64,000 bases of DNA from Clostridiales bacterium UBA7044 (lineage in GTDB: Bacteria; Bacillota; Clostridia; Oscillospirales; Oscillospiraceae), in NCBI GenBank assembly GCA_002493965.1, contig DLAP01000022.1, positions 11,621-75,620 of the forward strand, in the 5' to 3' direction. The number at the start of each line of letters is the position of its first letter. Position 1 is the first letter of the stretch. The translations under genes were made by a program, and so were the position numbers. Under the pieces are notes generated by a model. That model worked only from the letters and a program-made list of their open reading frames with translations. It was not told the DNA's origin and ran no database searches. Shown here piece after piece: positions 45,399 through 54,600 of the stretch.

Positions 45399-48362
45399 AT
45401 GGGCGAGAGCGTCTTTGAAGTCGTAAAACAGTCCGTCACCGTCCGGGAAGCGGCGGAGCTTTACGGCATCGCGGTGGGGCGCAGCGGCATGGCCTGTTGC
45501 CCCTTCCACGATGACCGCCACCCCAGCATGAAGGTGGACGCCCGTTTCCACTGTTTTGGCTGCGGCGCAGACGGCGACGTGATCGACTTCACCGCCCGGC
45601 TCTATGACCTGTCCCCCAAGGAGGCCGCCGAAAAGCTGGCCCAGGATTTTGGCCTTTCCTATGACAGCAAGGCCCCGCCCCGGCGAAGCTATGTCCGGCA
45701 AAAATCCGAGGCGCAGGTACGGAAAGAAAAACGGGAACACGGCTGGCGCGTCCTGACGGACTACTACCACCTGCTCCGAAAATGGGAGGCCGACTATTCC
45801 CCCAAGATGCCGGACGAGGACCCGCACCCGCGCTTTTTGGAGGCCATCCAGAAAAAAGACTACATGGGCTATCTGCTGGACACCTTTCTCGACAGCAGCA
45901 CCGAGGAACAGGATCAGTGGATCGCAGAACACACCGCTGAAATTTCGGCCATAGAAAGGAGAGTGAACATCATGGCTGACAAACCCACCAACCGGGAACG
46001 ACTGCAACAGATCACGGCGGGCATCGAGCAGGGCATCCAGGAGCTGTTCGAGAGCGAAAAGTATATGCGCTACCTGTCCGTGATGTCCCGGTTCCACCGC
46101 TACTCCGTCAACAACACCATGCTCATCTATATGCAGAAGCCGGACGCCACGCTGGTGGCCGGGTACAACAAGTGGAAAAATCAGTTTGAGCGCCATGTGA
46201 AGCGCGGTGAACACGGCATCACCATCATCGCGCCCACGCCGTTCAAGAAAAAGATCGAGGAACAGAAGCTGGACCCGGACACCAAAGCCCCCATGCTGGA
46301 CGCAGAGGGCAAGGTCATCATGGAGGAACGAGAAGTTGAGATTCCCATGTTCCGCCCGGTGAAGGTGTTCGATGTGAGCCAGACGGACGGCAAGCCCCTG
46401 CCGGAGCTGGCGTCCTCCCTTTCCGGAAACGTCCAGAACTACGAGGTTTTCATGGAGGCCCTGCGCCGGTCCGCGCCGGTGCCGCTCTCCGTGGAGCCGA
46501 TGGCCGCCAACATGGACGGCTTTTTCTCGCCGGACCGGCAGCGCATCGCCATCCGGGAGGGCATGAGCGAGGTGCAGACCGTTTCCGCTGCTGTCCATGA
46601 GATCGCCCACAGCAAGCTGCACGACCCCAAAAAGTATGAGGCGGAGCCGACCTGGAAAATTGTGATGGTGAGTGGGGGCGGTGTCAAGCACGATTATCGC
46701 CTGGACTTCGCCACCGAAGCAGAGGCGGAACAGGCCGCCGCCGAGGATGACTGGCGCTATGTGGACGAAAATCAGTTTGAGTGGCGGCTGGAGGTGGAGG
46801 AAGATCTGACGGCGGTGAAACAGGCTGTCAAGAACCGCAACACCGAGGAGGTGGAGGCCGAGAGCATCTCCTACGCCGTCTGTCAGTATTATGGCATCCA
46901 GACCGGCGAAAACAGCTTCGGCTATATCGCCACCTGGAGCCAGGACAAGACGCTGCCGGAGCTGCGGGCCAGTCTGGAGACCATCAACAAGGCCGCCGGA
47001 GAACTGATTACGGACATTGACCGACATTATAAGGTTATCTGCAAGGAGCGTGGTATTGACCTGACTGCCCAGCCGGAACAGGCTGCACCCCAGCAGCCCG
47101 CAGAAGAAACGCCCGACGCACCTGCCCCAAGCGCCGAAGCCCAGGAGGCCCTGCTGCTGGTTGATGATGCCACCTATCTTCATGTTCAGACTTGTGATAC
47201 CGGCTGGGACTACACGCTCTACGATGCCGCCACCAGGAAGCAGTTGGACGGCGGCCAGCTGGACGCGCCGGAGCTGCCCCTGTCCACCGCCGCACTGAAA
47301 ATCTGTGAGATGCACGACATGGGCGGCCAATCCGTTCAGTATGCGCCTCTGTCCATGATTGAAACTTTGCAGGAGGCGGCTGTGCAGCAGATGCAGACAG
47401 AGGCCAAGGCCGCCGCCCCGGAAATCACCCAGCTGCCGGACGCCCCGGAACAGCACCTGGACGAATACCCCATGCCGGACCCGGCACTGACTCAGGACGA
47501 TCTGGAGAAATGCGGCTATCTGGACGGGGACCTTCTGCCCCTCTCTAAAGAACGCGCCTATGAGCTGATGGCGCAGGACCTGACCGTTTACATGGTTCAG
47601 CAGGGCGAGAATCCGGCGATGGCTTTTGATACCACTGACCTGGACGCCCATGACGGGATCTTCGCCGTCACCCGCGAGGAATGGGAGGAAAGCCCGGCTT
47701 TCGATGCCCAGGTTAAGGAGCGTATGGATCACCAGCAGGAACGGGAACAGGCGTTCCTCGACCACAAAGGCGATTGCTTTGCCATTTATCAGGTGAAGCA
47801 CACCGATGAGCTGCGGGACATCCGCTATGAGGGACTGGAGTGGATCAAGTCCATCGGGCAGACGGTGCAGCGGGACAATTATGACCTGGTTTACACCGCG
47901 CCGCTGGCCCCCGGCGACCTGAAAGGCAGCGTGCTGGACAATCTTGAATACCGCTTCAACAATGAACACCCCGCCGACTACCGCCACCCGTCCATGAGCG
48001 TCAGCGACATCGTTGCCATCAAGCGGGACGGCAAGGTATCCTGTCACTACTGCGACAGCTTTGGCTTTGCCGAGGTTCCCGGCTTCCTGCCGGACAACCC
48101 GCTGAAAAATGCGGAGATGGCCGTGGAGGATGACTACGGCATGATCGACGGCATTATCAACAACGGCCCCAAGGAGCAGACGGTGGCCCAGCTGGAACAG
48201 CAGGCCCGAAGCGGCCAGCCCATTTCCCTGATGGACCTGGCTGCCGCCGCCCACCGGGAGGACCGGGACAAGAAGAAATCCGTTGTGGAGCAACTGAAAA
48301 GCCAGCCCAAACCCGAACATAAAAAGACAGCGCCCAAAAAGAGCGCGGAAAGGGAGATCTGA
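45399..48362 (+). CDS. Polyvalent protein: CHC2 Zn finger, ArdC-like ssDNA-binding domain, zincin HExxH, LPD16-like, YodL, DUF4316-like
   Basis: CPFHDDRHPS..CFGC; FHRYSVNN..Q.PDAT.VAG; HEIAH..EVEAES; GWDYTLYD..DGGQLD; SMSVSDIV; NPLKNAEM. Confidence 0.85.
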   Translation: MGESVFEVVKQSVTVREAAELYGIAVGRSGMACCPFHDDRHPSMKVDARFHCFGCGADGDVIDFTARLYDLSPKEAAEKLAQDFGLSYDSKAPPRRSYVRQKSEAQVRKEKREHGWRVLTDYYHLLRKWEADYSPKMPDEDPHPRFLEAIQKKDYMGYLLDTFLDSSTEEQDQWIAEHTAEISAIERRVNIMADKPTNRERLQQITAGIEQGIQELFESEKYMRYLSVMSRFHRYSVNNTMLIYMQKPDATLVAGYNKWKNQFERHVKRGEHGITIIAPTPFKKKIEEQKLDPDTKAPMLDAEGKVIMEEREVEIPMFRPVKVFDVSQTDGKPLPELASSLSGNVQNYEVFMEALRRSAPVPLSVEPMAANMDGFFSPDRQRIAIREGMSEVQTVSAAVHEIAHSKLHDPKKYEAEPTWKIVMVSGGGVKHDYRLDFATEAEAEQAAAEDDWRYVDENQFEWRLEVEEDLTAVKQAVKNRNTEEVEAESISYAVCQYYGIQTGENSFGYIATWSQDKTLPELRASLETINKAAGELITDIDRHYKVICKERGIDLTAQPEQAAPQQPAEETPDAPAPSAEAQEALLLVDDATYLHVQTCDTGWDYTLYDAATRKQLDGGQLDAPELPLSTAALKICEMHDMGGQSVQYAPLSMIETLQEAAVQQMQTEAKAAAPEITQLPDAPEQHLDEYPMPDPALTQDDLEKCGYLDGDLLPLSKERAYELMAQDLTVYMVQQGENPAMAFDTTDLDAHDGIFAVTREEWEESPAFDAQVKERMDHQQEREQAFLDHKGDCFAIYQVKHTDELRDIRYEGLEWIKSIGQTVQRDNYDLVYTAPLAPGDLKGSVLDNLEYRFNNEHPADYRHPSMSVSDIVAIKRDGKVSCHYCDSFGFAEVPGFLPDNPLKNAEMAVEDDYGMIDGIINNGPKEQTVAQLEQQARSGQPISLMDLAAAAHREDRDKKKSVVEQLKSQPKPEHKKTAPKKSAEREI

Positions 48363-48363
48363 T

Positions 48364-48579
48364 ATGAACGCTTTGACCTTTGAGGAAACCAACCTGCTGT
48401 GCATCTACAACCCCGGCACCCGCCAGGGGGCCATCGAGGCCCTGACCGAGATGCGCGGCCACTTGCAGGCGGACGAGACCGAGCTGCTGGCCCTGACCGA
48501 CAGCACCCTCGCTAAACTGCGCGCCATGACAGACGCCGAGTTTGATGAGCTGGAACTGTACCCGGATTTTGACGAGTAA
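48364..48579 (+). CDS. Transposon-transfer assisting (TTRAP-like) protein
   Basis: FEETNLLCIY..TR..L..KL..MTDAEF. Confidence 0.8.
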   Translation: MNALTFEETNLLCIYNPGTRQGAIEALTEMRGHLQADETELLALTDSTLAKLRAMTDAEFDELELYPDFDE

Positions 48580-48655
48580 CCCCCTGTTTTAACCAGCCGG
48601 GGCGGCCGCCGTGCCGCCCCATTTTCATATCCGAAGGAAGGGAGGATAGAACCCC

Positions 48656-51600
48656 ATGCCAACCAAAGCAGAACAATATGCGCAGATGGCCGATCAGGTG
48701 GCGCGGCAGCTCACCGGAAGCTGGCAGGAGTGGGCGGGCTTTCTCACCAACGCCGCCCGCCTCTACAAATATCCGTTCCATGAGCAGCTGATGATCTACG
48801 CCCAGCGCCCGGACGCCACCGCCTGCGCCGAGTACGACCTGTGGAACAACCGTATGGGCCGCTACGTCCGGCGCGGCTCCAAGGGCATCGCGCTGGTGGA
48901 CGATTCCGGCGACCGGCCCCGGCTGCGCTATGTGTTTGATATTTCCGACACCGGCACCCGCAAACATTCCCGCACCCCCTGGCTGTGGACGCTGAACGAG
49001 GAACACACCGCGCCGGTCATGGCGATGCTGGAGCGCAACTACGATGTGAGCGGCAGTGACTTGCCCCAGCAGCTGGCCGATGTGGCCGCCGGTCTGGCGG
49101 AAGAATACTGGACTGATCACCGGCAGGACATTCTCTACATCGTTGACGGTTCCTTTTTGGAGGAGTACGATGAGTACAACATCGAAGTCCAGTTCAAATC
49201 CGCCGCCGCTGTCAGCATCACCTACGCCCTGATGTCCCGCTGTGGGCTGGAGCCGGAGCAGTATTTCAGCCATGAGGATTTCATGGCGATCTTCGACTTC
49301 AACACCCCCGCCACCGTGGGGGCGCTGGGCACGGCGGTCAGCCAGATAAACCAGCAGGTGCTGCGGCAGATCGGCGTCACCATCCAGAACTATGAGCGCG
49401 CCAAGAGCGCGGAAAGGAGTGCCACACATGGAGAACAACCTGACTTACACGAGGAACGGCGATTACCTGATCCCCGACCTGAAGCTGTCCGAACAGCCGG
49501 AGAAGCCCCTGGGCAAGTACGGCAGGATGCGCAAGGCGTACCTGAAGGAACACCGGCCCATCCTGTACAACCAGCTGCTGATGAGCGAGAAGCTGTACCC
49601 GCACCTTCGGGAGATCGACGAGACCGCGAACAGCCGTCTGGAGCAGATGATGTCCCAGCTGGCGAAAGACGTGGGCGCGACGGAGGCGCTGAAAGCCAGC
49701 GACCCGATGGCCTGGGTGGGCCTGATGAACACCTGCAAGGCCCAGGCGGAGGAGATCCTGCTGGCGGAACTTATCAACAGCTGACCTTAAACCTGTTCCT
49801 CTCCGAAGCGGAACAAATCCATAAAATCGACGAAGCAGAGAGTGTGAAAACGCCCTCTGCTTTTTCTATGCCCAAACCCGCTGCGCAGGCGGAACCCGTG
49901 CGCCGGGCTCTGACCCAGGCCGACATTGACGCCGCCATCCAGGAATGGAACGGCAAAATCGAAAGTAAGCACGCGGTTGTCCGTTACATGAGGGACCATG
50001 CCCGTGAAAAGGACACCGCCGCCTGGCTGCGGCAGGAGTTTGGCGATAATCTGCCCGCCTTCCCTGTGACAGCGGACGGCGCGGCGGGCGACGTACCGTG
50101 GCCTAAAATACAGCGCCGGATCGCCCAGCTTATCAAGGAAGATCGGTTCTACACCGAGGCGGAGCAGGACCGTTTTGACAACATCGACCCCATCGCCATC
50201 CGGGAAGCCCTGGCCGAGCGCGGCATCGTGAACGGCCAGGTGGTAGACCCGGAAAAGCTGGACAATGACCCGTTTATCCAGCGGGTGATGCAGGATGTGG
50301 AGGCTGTTTCAGCCGAGGAACAGGCCGAGGCGGAGCCGCCTGCGCCGGACTTATCTGGCCGTCCCGTCACCCGCGAGGGAGACACCCTCACCATCGGAAG
50401 CGGCGAACCTACCCACGAGATGGACATCACTGTTTCCGATGAGGAGTATGAGGCTATCCAGCAGGCCATCCCGGAGAAAAAGGTCTATGACCCTGCTGCG
50501 CCGGTCTACCATGAGGGTGATACGGTTTATCTGGACAATCAGGAGTACCAGATCACCGAGCTGCGGGAGGGCACGGTGCAGCTGCTGCCCTCCAATATGG
50601 CGTACCCCATCTTCCGGGCCGAGAGCCGGGAGCGGTTCGAGACGCTGCTGCGTGCGGACACCCGCAACGAAGCCATCAACGAATTTTTGCCTGTAAACCC
50701 CAACACGGCTGACCAGGACCTGCGGGACGTGCTGGTCCACGGCCTGATCGGCGCGCCGGACAAGGCGGAGCTTTCCGAGCTGCTGCACACCGGCAAGCCC
50801 AACCGCGAGATCGCCCAGTGGCTGGGCCGGGCCTTCCCAGGCATCGTGGAAACGATGGAGCTGGAGACTGGCGACACCGCCGACTACCGCACCACGTCCG
50901 AAGGCATCGAACTGGAAGTGCTGGACGCGGAGGAGAAGCGGCTGGCCATGCTGTATTTTCGCTGGGATGAGGTCGCGCCCCTGCTGCGCGGGCTGTATGC
51001 CCGTCAGCTGGACGGCTTTGGGCGGGAGCAGGCCGAACCGGCTATTACCGCTGATACCACTGTCGAAGAACCTATTGAACCCGCCAAGCCCATTGAGGAA
51101 CCTGCCACCGAGGCCCCGGCGTTCCATTCCGATCCGGTGACCGTCTATCCTGGCGAACAGAACCATCTGCCCTATGACGTAGTGGTGGAACGGCTGCACG
51201 TTGACCAGTCGGAACCTACGCCGCCCGAACCAACGCCGGACGTGGAGCCTGGCGAGAAGCCGGAACACCCGGTCGCCATCCCGGTCAACGGCGAGTGGCA
51301 GACCTTCCCCAACCAGCGGACTGCCGAGCAGGCGGCCTATCAGGAGTACCGGGACAACCTGCGCCGCAATGCGCAGAATTTTCACATCACCGACGACCAT
51401 CTGGGCGAGGGCGGCCCCAAGGCCAAGTACCAGGCCAATGTGGCGGCAATCAAGCTGCTGAAATACCTGGAGGAAACCACCGGCCAGGCCACGCCGGAAC
51501 AACAGGAAGTGCTGTCCCGCTATGTGGGCTGGGGCGGCGTGGCGGATGCCTTCGACCCATCCAAAACTGCCTGGGCCAAGGAGTACGCCGAACTGAAAGA

Positions 51601-54600
51601 GCTTTTGACCCCGGAGGAATATGAAGCGGCCAGGGCCTCTACCCTCAACGCCCACTACACCAGCCCCACTGTGATCCGCGCCATTTACGACGCGGTAGAA
51701 CAGATGGGCTTCCGCACCGGCAACATTCTGGAGCCGTCCTGCGGTGTGGGCAATTTCTTCGGGATGCTGCCGGAGAGCATGGCCGGGAGCCGTTTGTACG
51801 GCGTGGAGCTGGACAGCATTTCCGGGCACATCGCAAAGCAGCTCTACCCCAAGGCCGACATCACGGTGGCAGGATTTGAAACCACCGACCGGCGGGATTT
51901 TTACGACCTTGCCATCGGTAACGTTCCTTTCGGACAGTATCAGGTGAACGACAAAGCCTACAACAAACTGGGTTTCAACATCCACAACTACTTTTTCGCA
52001 AAATCGTTGGACCAGGCGCGGCCGGGCGGCGTGGTGGCGTTCGTCACCAGCCGCTATACAATGGACGCCAAGGATTCCACCGTGCGCCGGTATCTGGCCC
52101 AGCGGGCCGAGCTGCTGGGAGCCATCCGCCTGCCCAATAACGCCTTCCGCGCCAATGCGGGCACCGATGTGGTGTCCGACATCCTGTTTCTGCAAAAGCG
52201 GGACCGTCCGCTGGACATCGCCCCGGACTGGACGCAGACCGGCCGGACCGAAGAAGGCTTCACGGTCAACCAGTATTTTCTCGACCACCCGGAGATGGTG
52301 CTGGGGCGGCCCACCGCCGAAAGCACCCAATATGGCAAGCAGGATTACACCGTGGTCCCCATCGAGGGGATGGAGCTGGCCGACCAGCTGCACAACGCCG
52401 TGCAGCACATCCACGGCACCTACCAGGAGGCCGCGCTGCCGGAGCTGGGCGAAGGCGAGGACATCGACGAATCCCTCCCGGCTGACCCCAATGTGAAGAA
52501 TTACTCCTACACGGTGGTGGACGGCGCGGTGTACTTCCGGGAAAACAGCCGCATGGTGCGCCCTGACCTGAACGCTACCGCCGAAGCCCGTGTCAAAGGG
52601 TTGGTGGGGCTGCGGGACTGCGTGCAGCAGCTCATCGACCTGGAGATGGACGCCGCCGCGCCGGATGCCGACATCCGGGCGCAGATGGCCGAACTGAACC
52701 GCCGCTATGACGATTTCTATGCCAAATACGGGCTTATCAATGATCGGGCGAACCGGCTGGCCTTTGCCGATGACAGCAGCTATTACCTACTATGTGCCCT
52801 GGAAGTGCTGAACGAGGATGGCCGGTTGGAGCGCAAGGCAGATATGTTCACCAAGCGCACGATTAAGCCCCATGAGGCCGTCACCACCGTGGACACCGCC
52901 TCTGAGGCCCTGGCAGTCTCCATTTCTGAAAAAGCCTGCGTGGATATGGCCTACATGGAACAGCTCACCGGCAAAACCGGCGAGGAACTGGCCGCTGAAC
53001 TGCGGGGCGTGATTTTCCGCCTGCCCGGCCCGGTGCCGGAGGGCGAGCGGCCCCAATACGTCACGGCGGACGAGTACCTGTCCGGCAACGTGCGCCGGAA
53101 GCTGCGTCAGGCCCAGCGGGCGGCGGAGCAGGACCCGGACTTTGCGGTCAACGTGGAGGCCCTGACCGCTGCCCAGCCCAAAGATCTGGACGCTTCCGAG
53201 ATCGAGGTGCGGCTGGGGGCAACGTGGATCGACAAGGAGTACATCCAGCAATTCATGTACGAGACCTTCGACACGCCTTTTTACCTCCAGCGCAGCATTG
53301 AAGTCCACTACACCCCCTTTACGGCGGAGTGGCAGATCTCCGGCAAAAATGTCGTGGGGCAAAACAATGTGGCCGCCTACTCGACCTACGGGACCGGCCG
53401 CGCAAACGCCTATAAAATCCTTGAAGATTCCCTCAATCTGCGGGACGTGCGTATCTACGACACCGTGGAGGACGCAGACGGCAAGGAGCGCCGGGTGCTG
53501 AACGCCAAGGAAACCACCCTGGCCGCCCAAAAACAACAGGCCATCCGGGACGCTTTCCGCGACTGGATTTGGCGTGACCCGGAGCGTCGGCAGGCGCTGG
53601 TACGCCAGTACAACGAGGAAATGAACGCCACCCGGCCCCGCGAATATGATGGCAGCCACATTGTTTTTGGCGGCATGAACCCGGCCATCACCCTGCGGGA
53701 ACACCAGAAAAACGCCATCGCCCATGTGCTGTACGGCGGCAATACCTTGCTGGCCCACGAGGTCGGCGCAGGCAAGACCTTTGAAATGGTGGGGGCCGCG
53801 ATGGAGGCCAAGCGGCTGGGTCTGTGCCAGAAATCCCTCTTTGTGGTGCCCAACCACCTGACCGAGCAGTGGGCTTCGGAGTTCCTGCGTCTGTACCCGT
53901 CCGCCAACATTCTTGTTACGACCAAAAAGGACTTTGAGAAACACAACCGCAAGAAGTTCTGCGCCCGCATCGCCACCGGCGACTATGACGCCATCATCAT
54001 GGGTCACTCCCAGTTCGAGAAAATCCCCATCAGCAAGGAACGCCAGGAGCGACTGCTGCACGAGCAGATTTGGGAAATCACCGAGGGCATCGCCGAGGTG
54101 GAGGCCAGCGGCGGGGAACGGTTCACTGTCAAGCAGCTGGAACGCACGAAAAAGTCTCTGGAGGCGCGGCTGGAAAAGCTGCAAGCGGAGGGCCGCAAGG
54201 ACGATGTGGTGACCTTTGAACAGCTGGGCGTAGACCGGCTGTTCGTGGACGAGGCCCACAACTACAAAAACCTGTTCTTATATACGAAGATGCGCAACGT
54301 GGCGGGCCTCTCCACGACGGACGCGCAGAAATCCTCGGATATGTTCGCCAAGTGCCGCTACATGGACGAGATCACCGGCAGCCGGGGCGTCATCTTTGCC
54401 ACCGGCACGCCGGTTTCCAACTCCATGACCGAGCTTTACACCATGCAGCGGTATCTCCAATATGACCGGCTGCAAGAGCTGGGCATGGCCCACTTTGACT
54501 GCTGGGCGTCCCGGTTTGGCGAAACCGTGACGGCGCTGGAGCTGGCCCCGGAGGGCACCGGCTACCGGGCAAGAACAAGATTCAGCAAGTTTTTCAACCT

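Noticed and set aside
45183..48404. 1073-aa minus-strand ORF (also 36413-38869, 31058-33025, 32701-34500, 50351-52414)
   Set aside because: Antisense shadows of high-GC3 genes; no RBS, no motifs, composition typical of reverse-frame translation
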